From an uncultured virus (IMG/VR IMGVR_UViG_3300042453_001749) (taxonomy: Duplodnaviria; Heunggongvirae; Uroviricota; Caudoviricetes): a stretch of DNA of 64,000 bases. The notes below the pieces were generated by a model, which ran no database searches, was not told the origin of the DNA, and worked only from the letters and a program-made list of their open reading frames with translations. Positions 1-10,334 of the stretch are shown here, piece by piece (position 1 is the stretch's first letter; the number at the start of each line of letters is the position of its first letter). The position numbers and the translations under genes are program-made. The stretch is taken from IMG/VR virus record IMGVR_UViG_3300042453_001749. One strand, 5' to 3'.

Positions 1-288
1 GTAGTTTCTTCTGGTAAAATGGGTAAGAGAAAGTTCAAGAAAACTGTAGAGAAACTTGGAACCGAAGGTGGATTAAAGCATAAGCGTAATGTGAAAGGTT
101 CATCCAAAGACGACCAAGATTCTGTGTTGATTCAACGTAAAGGTAAAGGAGAGGCAACTCTTAAAGGAACTTCAAAAACATCTTGGCCTGGTAAGGGTAA
201 AAATGTTGGAGTTGGAAAAATGAAACCAGGAAGAACTGGTGAGTTTGATACAAAAGTCAAGAACAAAACATTTACTTATGAAAAATAA
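1..288 (+). CDS. Conserved cyanophage hypothetical protein, 5'-truncated by the window edge
   Basis: Frame is open from base 1; basic protein ending TFTYEK. Confidence 0.55.
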   Translation, partial: VVSSGKMGKRKFKKTVEKLGTEGGLKHKRNVKGSSKDDQDSVLIQRKGKGEATLKGTSKTSWPGKGKNVGVGKMKPGRTGEFDTKVKNKTFTYEK

Positions 289-463
289 ATTTCCACTAGA
301 ACATGTAGTCAAATACGATACCAAGGAAGTTTGGGTGAAGTGTGATAGCGCAATTACTGCAATGGGTGTTCCTGCTATGGTTGAAAAGTATTACCCTGGT
401 TATAAAGGTCATTGTGGTAGCAAGGAGTATCTTGATACACTCCGAAACCAGTTTCAAAACTGA
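278..463 (+). CDS. Hypothetical protein
   Basis: ATG at 278 overlaps the end of the previous gene; MKNKFPLEHVV... Confidence 0.55.
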   Translation: MKNKFPLEHVVKYDTKEVWVKCDSAITAMGVPAMVEKYYPGYKGHCGSKEYLDTLRNQFQN

Positions 464-502
464 CCACTGGGGTTCCTAGCGACCCCGTTTTTCTTCTATA
501 AT
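457..502 (+). promoter_or_regulatory. Early-type promoter region with a GGGGT/ACCCC hairpin and TATAAT -10 box
   Basis: AACTGACCAC-GGGGTTCCTAGCGACCCC...TATAAT (497-502) upstream of cobS. Confidence 0.5.
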
Positions 503-530
503 GACTACAGTTGAAACAAACCACTTCATT

Positions 531-1658
531 ATGTCCCGCATCAAAATGACCGACGATCAAATCATCAACGATCTGAAAAATACTTTCGGTAAGGAGTTTA
601 CTGCTGCAGATGTTCGGGGTTATTGTGCATCGAAAAATCTTTCATATCCCACTGTAACTAAGCGTCTTGATCAATTTAAAGTTGGCCGCGGAAAGTGGAA
701 CTTGGAAGTGACGCAACAAAAGGTTCAAGAAATTGAACGTTCTTTCCAAAGTGTATCTGTGCTGCCTGAAGTGCATCAAAATCTTATTCCTACTAAAGAT
801 GATACCTTCGTCAAGTTTGGTAACTTTAACGATATTAAAAAAATTATTCAGTCCCGTCTTTTTTATCCTACGTTTGTTACGGGTCTGTCGGGTAACGGTA
901 AAACGTTCTCTGTGGAGCAAGCGTGTGCTCAATTGGGTCGTGAGTTGATTCGTGTAAATATCACGATTGAGACTGATGAGGATGACCTGATTGGTGGTTT
1001 CCGTCTTGTGAATGGCGAAACCGCATGGCACAATGGTCCCGTTATTGAGGCACTGGAGCGTGGTGCAATTCTCCTGCTGGACGAGATTGACCTTGCTTCT
1101 AACAAGATTCTGTGTCTGCAATCTGTTCTGGAAGGTAAAGGTGTCTTCCTGAAGAAGATTGGACGTTTCGTTCAACCTGCCCCTGGTTTCAATGTGGTTG
1201 CTACTGCTAACACGAAAGGTAAGGGCAGCGATGATGGGCGCTTTATCGGCACCAACGTGCTCAATGAGGCGTTCCTGGAGCGTTTCCCTGTGACTCTGGA
1301 GCAGTCCTATCCTGCCCCTTCTGTGGAGCAGAAGATCCTTGAGGGCATCGCCCTGAACCTTGGTGTGGAGGATCGCAACTTCTGCAAGCGTCTGGTTGAT
1401 TGGGCAGACATTATTCGTAAGACTTTCTTTGATGGTGGTATTGAGGAAATCATTAGTACCCGTCGTCTGGTTCATATCATCCGCGCTTACAGCATTTTTA
1501 ACGATAAGGCAAAGGCAATTCAAGTGTGCGTCAATCGCTTTGATGATGAAACCAAGCAGGCATTCCTTGAACTGTATGATAAGGTTGATGCTGATTTCCA
1601 ACTCCCCACCAACAACATCCAAACCACTGGTCTCCTTGACGATCAACCTCCCTTTTGA
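531..1658 (+). CDS. cobS: CobS-like MoxR AAA+ ATPase (cyanophage core gene)
   Basis: Walker A GLSGNGKT, Walker B LLLDEID, NEAFLERF, STRRL; start moved to 531 because the 501 ATG overlaps the -10 box. Confidence 0.9.
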   Translation: MSRIKMTDDQIINDLKNTFGKEFTAADVRGYCASKNLSYPTVTKRLDQFKVGRGKWNLEVTQQKVQEIERSFQSVSVLPEVHQNLIPTKDDTFVKFGNFNDIKKIIQSRLFYPTFVTGLSGNGKTFSVEQACAQLGRELIRVNITIETDEDDLIGGFRLVNGETAWHNGPVIEALERGAILLLDEIDLASNKILCLQSVLEGKGVFLKKIGRFVQPAPGFNVVATANTKGKGSDDGRFIGTNVLNEAFLERFPVTLEQSYPAPSVEQKILEGIALNLGVEDRNFCKRLVDWADIIRKTFFDGGIEEIISTRRLVHIIRAYSIFNDKAKAIQVCVNRFDDETKQAFLELYDKVDADFQLPTNNIQTTGLLDDQPPF

Positions 1659-1698
1659 TATAATTGGGGAAGGTAAATTATGACCCTTCCCCTTTATT

Positions 1699-2109
1699 AT
1701 GGATGAGCATCTTTACGGAACAGAATATGTGTTCTCAATTAACTCAAACGATCAAATTACAATTGATAAAAAACAAGTACCTATGAGTGAAACTAAAAAC
1801 CATCTTTGGAAATACAACGAAGATAAAATTCTCAAGGATGTTGAAGATTATGTGACCAGCACTTACGGCAGCCACTATTGTGGACATAATCAAGATTACA
1901 AAGATATTCAAACTATTGACTTGATGGCGGCAAAAGATCTTGCGGTTGGTTTCTGTCAGTCAAATATTCTAAAGTATGGAAGTCGCTATGGTGATAAAGA
2001 TGGTCGTAACAAACGCGATTTACTTAAAGTCATTCACTACGCTATGCTCCTCCTTCACTTTGACGGGCACTATACCCGCCAAAACAATGGTCTCACCGAA
2101 TTTCGCTGA
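1699..2109 (+). CDS. DUF3310-like conserved phage protein
   Basis: TYGSHY...NILKYGSRYGDKDG...DLLKVIHYA motif. Confidence 0.7.
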   Translation: MDEHLYGTEYVFSINSNDQITIDKKQVPMSETKNHLWKYNEDKILKDVEDYVTSTYGSHYCGHNQDYKDIQTIDLMAAKDLAVGFCQSNILKYGSRYGDKDGRNKRDLLKVIHYAMLLLHFDGHYTRQNNGLTEFR

Positions 2110-2114
2110 TTATT

Positions 2115-2780
2115 ATGAAACTCTCTGATAAAACTCTCACACTTCTCAAAAATTTCTCGTCCATTAATCAGTCTATGCTCTTCAAAAAGGGTAATTCACT
2201 TCGCACAATTTCTGTGATGAAGAATATTCTTGCTGAGGCAAAGATTGAAGAAGATATTCCCAAAGACTTTGGAATATACGATCTTAATCAATTTTTGAAT
2301 GGTCTGTCTCTGCACCAAAATCCAGAGTTGGATTTTCAGAATGATGGATATGCTGTTATCCGAGAAGGCAAAATGAGGTCTAAGTATTTCTTTGCCGAAC
2401 CTAGCGTGATTGTTTCTCCGCCAGATAAAGACATTAATCTTCCCAGCGAAGATGTCTGCTTTGAATTGAATACTCAACAACTTGATAAGTTGCTTAAAGC
2501 TGCTGCAATTTATCAACTTCCTGACCTTTCTGCTATTGGTGAAGCAGGAGTTGTGAAACTAGTGGTTCGTGATAAAAAGAATGAAACTTCTAACGATTTT
2601 TCAATCGTTGTTGGGGAAACTGATTCTAACTTTGTTTTCAATTTTAAGGTTGAAAACATTAAGATTATCCCAGGAACTTATGATGTAGTTGTTTCTAGCA
2701 AACTTCTTTCTAGGTTTGAAAGTAAAAATTACGATCTTACTTATTACATTGCACTTGAACCCGATTCGACTTTCGGATGA
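2115..2780 (+). CDS. gp45: Sliding clamp (T4 gp45)
   Basis: MKLSDKTLTLLKNFSSINQS...FGIYDLNQFL...YYIALE; synteny with gp44/gp62. Confidence 0.95.
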   Translation: MKLSDKTLTLLKNFSSINQSMLFKKGNSLRTISVMKNILAEAKIEEDIPKDFGIYDLNQFLNGLSLHQNPELDFQNDGYAVIREGKMRSKYFFAEPSVIVSPPDKDINLPSEDVCFELNTQQLDKLLKAAAIYQLPDLSAIGEAGVVKLVVRDKKNETSNDFSIVVGETDSNFVFNFKVENIKIIPGTYDVVVSSKLLSRFESKNYDLTYYIALEPDSTFG

Positions 2781-2923
2781 AATATCAAGTGAGATATAAA
2801 ATTCCAGGAGACGGACGTTACTTGGAATTAGTTGTTGAAGCAGACAGTCAATCTCAAGCAAGAAAAATTGCCCAAGCGCAGATTCCTTCTGCTACTATTA
2901 TTGGTGGACCCCAACCGATTTGA
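2777..2923 (+). CDS. Small hypothetical protein (48 aa, not in ORF track)
   Basis: ATGA overlap with the gp45 stop; MKYQVRYKIPGDGRYLELVVEADSQSQARKIAQAQIPSATIIGGPQPI fills the gap. Confidence 0.6.
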   Translation: MKYQVRYKIPGDGRYLELVVEADSQSQARKIAQAQIPSATIIGGPQPI

Positions 2924-2925
2924 TT

Positions 2926-3870
2926 ATGCGAAATGATTTCCTGTGGGTTGAAAAGTATCGCCCACAAACAATTGAAGACTGCATTCTCCCAGAGAATATT
3001 AAGAAAACCTTTAGTGATTTTCTAAATAGAGGTGAAATACCAAATATGCTTCTTGCTGGTCCTCCTGGAATTGGGAAGACTACAGTAGCGAAAGCACTCT
3101 GTAATGAATTGGGAGTAGATTCTTATGTTATTAACGGATCCGACGAAGGTAGATTCCTTGATACTGTCCGAAACAATGCGAAAAACTTCGCTTCGACCGT
3201 ATCGCTTTCGTCAACTGCTAAACACAAAGTCATCATCATTGATGAGGCAGATAACACAACCTCGGACGTACAACTCCTCTTACGGGCGTCTATTGAGGAA
3301 TTTGCTAACAACTGCCGATTTATCTTCACCTGCAATTACAAAAATAAAATTATCGAACCACTACATTCCAGGTGCGCTGTGGTTGAGTTCGGTACAAAGG
3401 GTAAGGAGAAACCAAAGATTGCAGGAATCTTTTTCAAAAGACTCCAACAAATCTTGGACACGGAAAAGATTGAGTACGATGAGAAAGTTCTTGTCGAAAT
3501 TATTCAACAGCACTTTCCAGATTTTCGACGTGTCCTCAACGAATGTCAAAGATATTCGGTCGGCGGAAAAATTGACTCTGGGATTCTTGCATCTTTCTCG
3601 GACATCACTGTAAATGACCTCATTAAAAACCTCAAGGAAAAAAACTTTACGGAAGTTCGGAAGTGGGTGGTATCTAATCTGGACAACGATGCTGCTGTAC
3701 TTTTGCGTCGTGTTTACGATGCTCTTTCTGTATCCCTTGAAAACAATAGCCTTCCTGCTGCTGTGCTTATTATTGCTAAGTATCAGTATCAAATTGCCTT
3801 CGTTGCTGATCAAGAAATAAATCTTCTTGCTGCTCTAACCGAGATTATGTGTGAGTGTGAATTTCGATGA
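2926..3870 (+). CDS. gp44: Clamp loader large subunit (T4 gp44)
   Basis: LWVEKYRP, GPPGIGKTT, IIDEAD, SRC motifs. Confidence 0.95.
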   Translation: MRNDFLWVEKYRPQTIEDCILPENIKKTFSDFLNRGEIPNMLLAGPPGIGKTTVAKALCNELGVDSYVINGSDEGRFLDTVRNNAKNFASTVSLSSTAKHKVIIIDEADNTTSDVQLLLRASIEEFANNCRFIFTCNYKNKIIEPLHSRCAVVEFGTKGKEKPKIAGIFFKRLQQILDTEKIEYDEKVLVEIIQQHFPDFRRVLNECQRYSVGGKIDSGILASFSDITVNDLIKNLKEKNFTEVRKWVVSNLDNDAAVLLRRVYDALSVSLENNSLPAAVLIIAKYQYQIAFVADQEINLLAALTEIMCECEFR

Positions 3871-4085
3871 ACTTCTATAAAATCAACAAGGCATCTTTGT
3901 ACGAACCTCCTGTAAAGACAACTCCTGAAAATGTGAAAGAGGCAAATGAAGGTCTCTTTCGTGCTAAAATGACTCTTCCTGCCGCCGCAAAGCATTGTGG
4001 TATGACGCAGAAAGAAATGAAACTTACATTTTTTGAGTATTTGAAGTATCATCCTAAAGATTATGACCACTCAAAAGAGTCTTAA
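3867..4085 (+). CDS. Hypothetical protein (possible HTH)
   Basis: Coupled overlap; LPAAAKHCGMT. Confidence 0.6.
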   Translation: MNFYKINKASLYEPPVKTTPENVKEANEGLFRAKMTLPAAAKHCGMTQKEMKLTFFEYLKYHPKDYDHSKES

Positions 4086-4914
4086 AACTTGCCTCCGTTA
4101 TCCTGGTGGTAAGTCCCGTGCTTGTGAAAAGATGGGATCTTTCTTTCCAGACCTTCGTAACTATGATGAGTTCCGTGAACCATTTCTTGGTGGCGGAAGT
4201 GTTGCAATTTACATCACAAAAAAATATCCCAGCCTAGATATTTGGGTAAATGATTTATACGAACCTCTTGTAAACTTCTGGCAGCAACTCCAGATGTTTG
4301 GGAATGATTTAAAAAACGAGTTGGTTGATTGCAAACTCGCTTACAGCACTCCTGAACTCGCTAGAGAACTTTTCCTCAAGTCAAAGGAGCACATTAATGA
4401 CCAAACTCTATCAAGTCTCAATCGTGCTGTGGCTTTTTATGTTGTCAATAAGTGCTCTTTTTCTGGTCTCACAGAGAGTTCATCATTTTCTCAACAAGCC
4501 TCCATCTCCAACTTCAGTTTGCGAGGGATCGAAAAACTGCCTGCGTATTCTAAACTGATAGAGCATTGGCGTATAACTAACTATTCCTACGACTATTTGT
4601 TGGATGGAAATATGGGTGCTTTTGTGTATCTCGATCCTCCTTATGATATTAAGGATAATCTCTATGGGCGTAAGGGATCAATGCACAAAGGATTTGATCA
4701 CGATAAGTTTGCTGCTGATTGCGATGCTTGTTATATGCACCAACTAATAAGTTACAACTCAGATCAACTGGTTAAAGATCGCTTCAAGAACTGGAAGATG
4801 GGTGAGTTTGATCTAACTTATACGATGCGTTCGGTTGGTGAATATATGCGAGAGCAAAAAGAAAGAAAGGAACTTTTACTGTTTAATTATAATAAAGATT
4901 TGTTATGGAATTGA
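4063..4914 (+). CDS. dam: Dam-family DNA adenine methyltransferase
   Basis: LRYPGGKS, EPFLGGGSV, YLDPPY. Confidence 0.9.
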   Translation: MTTQKSLKTCLRYPGGKSRACEKMGSFFPDLRNYDEFREPFLGGGSVAIYITKKYPSLDIWVNDLYEPLVNFWQQLQMFGNDLKNELVDCKLAYSTPELARELFLKSKEHINDQTLSSLNRAVAFYVVNKCSFSGLTESSSFSQQASISNFSLRGIEKLPAYSKLIEHWRITNYSYDYLLDGNMGAFVYLDPPYDIKDNLYGRKGSMHKGFDHDKFAADCDACYMHQLISYNSDQLVKDRFKNWKMGEFDLTYTMRSVGEYMREQKERKELLLFNYNKDLLWN

Positions 4915-5285
4915 AGGATTGGCTTAATTCGATAAATTTCTCTAAAGAGAATTTGATTGAAGAAAATCCAAATACAATCAAAGATTATCCATCTTACATT
5001 ATTAATCGTTGTTTGAGTGGACATATTGACTGTATTCTTTTCGCAAATGAAATGAATATGAATCATCATCTAGATAAAGATCTGCAATATTCATTTTATC
5101 TAAATAGTCTGAGAAAGAGGAAAAGATTTTCTCCTTGGTTGCGGAAAGATAAAATCAAAGATTTAGAATGCGTAAAACAATACTATGGATATAGTAATGA
5201 AAAAGCATCTCAAGCTTTGAGGATCTTAAATAAATCGCAAATCGATTACATAAAACAACGACTTGAAACTGGCGGAACGAAATGA
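4905..5285 (+). CDS. gp62: Clamp loader small subunit (T4 gp62)
   Basis: YIINRCLS...ANEMN...YYGYSNEKA; synteny. Confidence 0.9.
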   Translation: MELKDWLNSINFSKENLIEENPNTIKDYPSYIINRCLSGHIDCILFANEMNMNHHLDKDLQYSFYLNSLRKRKRFSPWLRKDKIKDLECVKQYYGYSNEKASQALRILNKSQIDYIKQRLETGGTK

Positions 5286-5719
5286 CTAACCAAACAATTG
5301 AACCTCAAGTAAATTGGTCTCCTGATATGATGGTTGAGGTTATTCTCAATGAACCTGATGACTTTCTAAAAGTTCGTGAGACTTTAACTCGTATTGGAGT
5401 TGCTTCTCGGAAAGAAAAGAAACTTTACCAATCTTGCCATATTTTACATAAACAGGGTAGATATTATATTACTCACTTTAAGGAACTGTTTGCTCTTGAT
5501 GGGAAACATGCAAACCTCACTGTAAACGATGTTCAGCGTAGAAATCGCATTACGCAACTTCTTGCAGATTGGGGACTAATTACTGTTGTAACGCCAGATA
5601 AAATTAGAGATATTGCTCCACTGAATCAAATTAAAGTTTTACCTTATAAAGATAAGGGTGAATGGATTTTGGAGCAAAAATATAATATTGGTGCAAAGAA
5701 AAAAGTAGAAACCGAATAA
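5282..5719 (+). CDS. regA: Translational repressor RegA
   Basis: DDFLKVRETLTRIGVAS...LYQSCHILHKQGRYYITHFKELF. Confidence 0.95.
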   Translation: MTNQTIEPQVNWSPDMMVEVILNEPDDFLKVRETLTRIGVASRKEKKLYQSCHILHKQGRYYITHFKELFALDGKHANLTVNDVQRRNRITQLLADWGLITVVTPDKIRDIAPLNQIKVLPYKDKGEWILEQKYNIGAKKKVETE

Positions 5720-5767
5720 ATAAGTATGAGACCTTCGTGCGGTCTCTACGAAAGTCGGAACACCCTA

Positions 5768-5802
5768 AAAAGAGGTTCGGTTTTTTCCGTACCTCTTTTT
5801 TT
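5768..5802 (+). terminator. Intrinsic terminator-like hairpin after regA
   Basis: AAAAAGAGG...CCTCTTTTTTT. Confidence 0.6.
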
Positions 5803-5877
5803 CGTTTCTTGTATAATTAGTATTGGATGCCTTCGGGGTCCACAAAACACAAACTCGCTTTTAAAGGAGCTACCATA

Positions 5878-6312
5878 ATGACTAATCTCACAAGGTATAC
5901 TGCTGCGGATCTTTCTACTCTGATGGATAAGATCACTCGCAATAGTATCGGATTGGATGAATACTTTGATCGCATCTTCAGCCTTCACGAAACAACTTCT
6001 AACTATCCTCCTTATAATTTGGTTCAAGTTAGTAATGTAGAGTCACGATTGGAACTTGCACTTGCTGGTTTTAAGAAAAAAGAGGTTTATGTTTACACCC
6101 AGGATGGTAAACTCTTTATTGAGGGCCAAAAGGAAGATAAAGAAACGGAGTCCAACTACCTCCACAAAGGTTTGGCTCAACGGAGTTTTACACGTTCCTG
6201 GACGCTCAGTGACGACACGGAAGTTCGATCAGTTGATTTTGAGGATGGGCTTTTAACAATTACTCTTGGTAGGATTGTTCCAGAACATCATAGAAGAAAG
6301 GATTACCTCTAA
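5878..6312 (+). CDS. hsp20: Small heat shock protein Hsp20
   Basis: NYPPYN, LALAGF, HKGLAQRSF, DGLLTI; SD AAGGAG before ATG 5878. Confidence 0.95.
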   Translation: MTNLTRYTAADLSTLMDKITRNSIGLDEYFDRIFSLHETTSNYPPYNLVQVSNVESRLELALAGFKKKEVYVYTQDGKLFIEGQKEDKETESNYLHKGLAQRSFTRSWTLSDDTEVRSVDFEDGLLTITLGRIVPEHHRRKDYL

Positions 6313-6324
6313 ATAAAAATAAAA

Positions 6325-6471
6325 ATGAAAACTTTCCTCCAGTATCTTGAAGAATTAAAAGTGATTGGGTATAAAATGGCTAAACCAAATTTGGGATTGC
6401 CTAAAGGTAAAGCATATGCAAAAAGATCACCCTCAAGTGCTGGCGGTGATGGTGGCGATGGTGGTGAATAA
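6325..6471 (+). CDS. Small basic protein with a T4 capsid-targeting-like N-terminus (48 aa, not in ORF track)
   Basis: MKTFLQYLEE...; late-promoter-like TAAATA at 6310. Confidence 0.6.
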   Translation: MKTFLQYLEELKVIGYKMAKPNLGLPKGKAYAKRSPSSAGGDGGDGGE

Positions 6472-6503
6472 ATATAATTGAATATCGTCGGCGCTAAGCC
6501 ACG

Positions 6504-6555
6504 GAGGGGATACTGGCAAAATCCAGTTGACTCCCCTCTTTTTTTCTGCTAAAAT
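6504..6555 (+). terminator. Terminator hairpin overlapping a sigma70-type promoter
   Basis: GAGGGGA-ACTGG/CCAGT-TCCCCTC plus U-run; TTGACT(6527)-N17-TAAAAT(6550). Confidence 0.65.
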
Positions 6556-6576
6556 AAATATGATTCGGGAAAAACT

Positions 6577-6903
6577 ATGACTGTTAAACTTGTTCTTTTA
6601 AAGTCTGGAGAAGATGTAATTGCAGACGTTAAAGAAATGATCGTTGATGAAAAAGTAGTTGGTTATTTCTTTAATAAACCTTGTGTTGTAAAGTTTAAGA
6701 ATACTCCAGAAGTAACTATCGATGGAAAGGCTTCTGTAAATGTTGATATTGTCCCTTGGATTGCTCTGAGTAAGGACAGACAAATTCCAGTTACAGCTGA
6801 TTGGATTATTACGATTGTTGAACCAATCGAAAGTCTTGTAGAAATGTATGTAAACAATGTGTTAAATTATGAAAACGATCAAAGTATTAGTTCTAAACAA
6901 TAA
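6577..6903 (+). CDS. Conserved cyanophage hypothetical protein
   Basis: VKLVLLKSGEDVIA...PW...DWIITIVEP; typical position before gp43. Confidence 0.75.
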   Translation: MTVKLVLLKSGEDVIADVKEMIVDEKVVGYFFNKPCVVKFKNTPEVTIDGKASVNVDIVPWIALSKDRQIPVTADWIITIVEPIESLVEMYVNNVLNYENDQSISSKQ

Positions 6904-7141
6904 TCAAGTTCTTATTTCTCAAATTGAAGAAGTTGGATCTGAATTGGGAGAACCAGATTGTAAACTAATTGAACCATATCTAATAGTTTCTGGTACGGTT
7001 GGTGGACTGGGAGCTACGATTGAACCATGGTTGATGGAGTATACCGTCCAAAATAATTTTATGATAAGTTCTGATAAGATTTTGACTATTATCGAACCTA
7101 AAGCAATGCTTCTTGAAAAATATCAGTCTGCAACTAAATGA
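6869..7141 (+). CDS. Conserved hypothetical protein, paralog-like to the preceding gene
   Basis: IKVLVL...EPW...DKILTIIEP. Confidence 0.7.
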   Translation: MKTIKVLVLNNNQVLISQIEEVGSELGEPDCKLIEPYLIVSGTVGGLGATIEPWLMEYTVQNNFMISSDKILTIIEPKAMLLEKYQSATK

Positions 7142-9633
7142 GATTTTATACTAACGTGCAAATGATCGGTAATCAATTCCTTGTTAGAGGATTTGATAAC
7201 GGAAAACATGTGATGTTCAAAGAGGAGTACATTCCAACTTTGTTTGTACCTTCTAAAAAGAAAACCAAATATAAAACTCTTGATGGAGAGCACGTTGAAC
7301 CAATTCAACCAGGATTTGTAAGAGACTGTAGAGAATTTTATAAAAAGTACGAGGATGTAGATGGGTTTCGTATTTACGGCAATGATAGGTACATTGCTCA
7401 GTATATCTCAGACAAATATCCAGAAGATGAAATTCAATTTGATATTTCAAAAATTAAACTAACTACTATTGATATTGAGGTGGCAGCAGAACAAGGATTT
7501 CCAGATACAGAATCTTGCTGCGAAGAAATTCTCACTATCACAATCCAAGACTATACCACCAAAGAAATTGTAACCTGGGGCATTCATCCATTTGTAAACA
7601 AGCAAAAAAACGTTAAGTATATTCAGTGTAATACTGAGCATCAACTTTTGAGTAACTTTATTAACTATTGGGATGCAAATATTCCAGAAGTAATTACTGG
7701 GTGGAATATTCAAATGTATGACGTTCCTTATATTTGTGGGCGTTTGAGTAGAGTTCTTGGAGAACGTCAAATGAAAAGATTTTCTCCTTGGGGTTTGGTT
7801 ACTCAAGATGAAATTTTTGTGAATGGTAGAAAGCAAATTGTCTATGACGTTGGCGGAATTACTCAACTAGACTACCTCGATCTTTATAAGAAATTCACAT
7901 ACACCAACCAAGAATCATATCGTCTTGATCATATTGCAAATGTGGAGTTAGGTCAGAAAAAACTTGACCACTCTGAGTTTGATACGTTTAAAGATTTTTA
8001 TACTCAAAACTGGCAGAAGTTTGTGGAGTACAACATCGTTGACGTAGAACTTGTTGACCGTTTGGAAGACAAGATGAAATTGATCGAACTTGCAATTACT
8101 ATGGCGTATGACGCTAAAGTAAATTATGGTGATGTATTCTACCAAGTTCGCATGTGGGATAATATTATCTACAATTATCTCAAGAAAAGAGATATTGTTA
8201 TTCCGCCAAAGGAGAGGACATCTAAAGATGAAAAATATGCTGGTGCTTATGTAAAGGAACCTGTTCCTGGAAAATATGACTGGGTTGTATCTTTTGACCT
8301 TAACTCTCTATATCCGCACTTAATCATGCAGTATAACATCTCGCCAGAAACTCTTCTGGAAGAGAGGCATCCAACTGTAACTGTAGATAAAATTTTAAAT
8401 CAACAAATTAATTTTGAACTCTACAAAGACTATGCTGTATGTGCTAACGGAGCAATGTTCCGCAAGGATGTGCGTGGATTCCTTCCAGAATTGATGGAGA
8501 AAATCTATAAAGATCGCACCATTTATAAAAAGAAAATGCTTGCGGCAAAGCAAGAATATGAAAAGACTAAGGACAAGCAATTGGTTAAAGAGATTGCAAG
8601 ATGCAATAACATCCAAATGGCGAGGAAGATTCAACTTAACTCTGCTTATGGTGCTATCGGTAATCAGTATTTCAGGTACTATAAACTAGCAAATGCTGAA
8701 GCAATCACTTTGTCTGGTCAAGTTTCGATTCGTTGGATTGAAGACAAGATGAATGCTTATCTGAATAAGATTCTTAAAACGGATGGTGAAGATTATGTTA
8801 TTGCTTCAGATACTGACTCCATTTATCTTAATATGGGTCCTCTGGTTGAAACTGTATTCAAAGGAAGAGAGAAAACTTCTCAAAGCATTGTTTCGTTCCT
8901 TGATAAGGTCTGTACGGTGGAACTTGAAAAGTATATTGAAGGTTGCTACCAAGAACTGGCGACCTATGTGAATGCATATGACCAGAAGATGCAGATGAAG
9001 CGTGAGAATATTGCTGATCGTGGTATTTGGACTGCAAAGAAGCGATATATTCTTAACGTTTGGGATAGTGAAGGTGTTCGTTATGAAGAACCTAAACTTA
9101 AGATCATGGGTATTGAAGCAATTAAATCTTCAACTCCTGCTCCTTGCCGTAAGATGATTAAGGATGGACTTAAGTTGATGATGAATGGAACTGAAGATGA
9201 AGTGATTGAGTTCATTGATCAATGCCGAACCAAGTTTAAATCTCTTCCCCCAGAAGAAATTGCTTTTCCTAGAACTGCTTCAGACATTCGTAAATATCAA
9301 TCTTCGTCAAACATTTATGCTCCCAAAACTCCAATTCATGTTCGTGGAGCACTTTTGTTTAATCATCATGTGAAAGAGAAAAAACTTACACACAAGTATT
9401 CTCTTATCAATAATGGTGAAAAAGTTAAATACCTGTTTCTAAAAAAACCAAATATTATTCAGGAAAATGTAATTTCATTTATTCAAGACTTTCCCAAGGA
9501 ACTCGGTCTTGACAAATACATCGACTATGAACTACAATTTGAAAAGAGTTTCCTTGACCCACTTAAGTCAATTCTTGATATTATTGGGTGGAATGTAGAA
9601 AAAACTGTAAACCTTGAATTATTTTTTGCCTAA
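7138..9633 (+). CDS. gp43: Family B DNA polymerase (T4 gp43)
   Basis: DIE exonuclease motif, SFDLNSLYP, KIQLNSAYG, DTDS, KKRY. Confidence 0.97.
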   Translation: MRFYTNVQMIGNQFLVRGFDNGKHVMFKEEYIPTLFVPSKKKTKYKTLDGEHVEPIQPGFVRDCREFYKKYEDVDGFRIYGNDRYIAQYISDKYPEDEIQFDISKIKLTTIDIEVAAEQGFPDTESCCEEILTITIQDYTTKEIVTWGIHPFVNKQKNVKYIQCNTEHQLLSNFINYWDANIPEVITGWNIQMYDVPYICGRLSRVLGERQMKRFSPWGLVTQDEIFVNGRKQIVYDVGGITQLDYLDLYKKFTYTNQESYRLDHIANVELGQKKLDHSEFDTFKDFYTQNWQKFVEYNIVDVELVDRLEDKMKLIELAITMAYDAKVNYGDVFYQVRMWDNIIYNYLKKRDIVIPPKERTSKDEKYAGAYVKEPVPGKYDWVVSFDLNSLYPHLIMQYNISPETLLEERHPTVTVDKILNQQINFELYKDYAVCANGAMFRKDVRGFLPELMEKIYKDRTIYKKKMLAAKQEYEKTKDKQLVKEIARCNNIQMARKIQLNSAYGAIGNQYFRYYKLANAEAITLSGQVSIRWIEDKMNAYLNKILKTDGEDYVIASDTDSIYLNMGPLVETVFKGREKTSQSIVSFLDKVCTVELEKYIEGCYQELATYVNAYDQKMQMKRENIADRGIWTAKKRYILNVWDSEGVRYEEPKLKIMGIEAIKSSTPAPCRKMIKDGLKLMMNGTEDEVIEFIDQCRTKFKSLPPEEIAFPRTASDIRKYQSSSNIYAPKTPIHVRGALLFNHHVKEKKLTHKYSLINNGEKVKYLFLKKPNIIQENVISFIQDFPKELGLDKYIDYELQFEKSFLDPLKSILDIIGWNVEKTVNLELFFA

Positions 9634-9797
9634 TGGATTTGCCTATTAATGATGAAGAATTAAATACTATTATAAGTGCTCTAACTCTTGGCGGTAATGC
9701 AGCATTATACCAAAAACTAAAATTGGTAAGAGAACTTAGGCAACAAGGTTTACCCTATAAACAAATACTTCGTGAAGAATACGGAATGGTAGCATGA
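9633..9797 (+). CDS. Small hypothetical protein (54 aa, not in ORF track)
   Basis: TAATG coupling with gp43; MDLPINDEELNTIISAL... Confidence 0.6.
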   Translation: MDLPINDEELNTIISALTLGGNAALYQKLKLVRELRQQGLPYKQILREEYGMVA

Positions 9798-10333
9798 TGA
9801 AAAAACTAGTATCTATTTTTAACAGATTAACTGCTTGGATGAGAAAAGACACTGATGTAATGGTCAGAAACAGTGATGGATGGGGAGATGATGTCTTCTA
9901 TCAAATTAAAATGGCAACTCCTAGTCCAGAAACAAAGACAATTGTTTATATGGATAAGACTACCAATGTAATGACTCCGTATCCAGAAGTCTCTGGTTCT
10001 ACTACTGTTGGTGGTATTAGTGAAGATGTTGTTGCTGATATTGTTGATGGTATCAGTAATTGGGTGAATAGTATGGACGTTTATGTTCGTATTCAAAGAG
10101 TTACTAGTCGTGGAGATGCGATTGGTAAAGCACTTCTTATTTGTGTGACTAATCCGACAGTTGGATGTCCTTGGTTCTCTATTCAAAAAAGTGATGATAC
10201 TTACTATCAGGAATATTCTTTGTATGAAGGACATTCTGCTGGAGTGCTAGATGCTTTTGATGATGGAACTGAACTTACTATCACCAGACAAGGTGATACT
10301 GATGTAAAAAATTGGAAAATTGATATTGGTTGA
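9794..10333 (+). CDS. Hypothetical protein
   Basis: 179 aa ORF coupled on both sides. Confidence 0.6.
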   Translation: MMKKLVSIFNRLTAWMRKDTDVMVRNSDGWGDDVFYQIKMATPSPETKTIVYMDKTTNVMTPYPEVSGSTTVGGISEDVVADIVDGISNWVNSMDVYVRIQRVTSRGDAIGKALLICVTNPTVGCPWFSIQKSDDTYYQEYSLYEGHSAGVLDAFDDGTELTITRQGDTDVKNWKIDIG

Positions 10334-10334
10334 T

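Noticed and set aside
642..1646. 334-aa minus-strand ORF
   Set aside because: Antisense shadow of cobS caused by codon bias; no motifs
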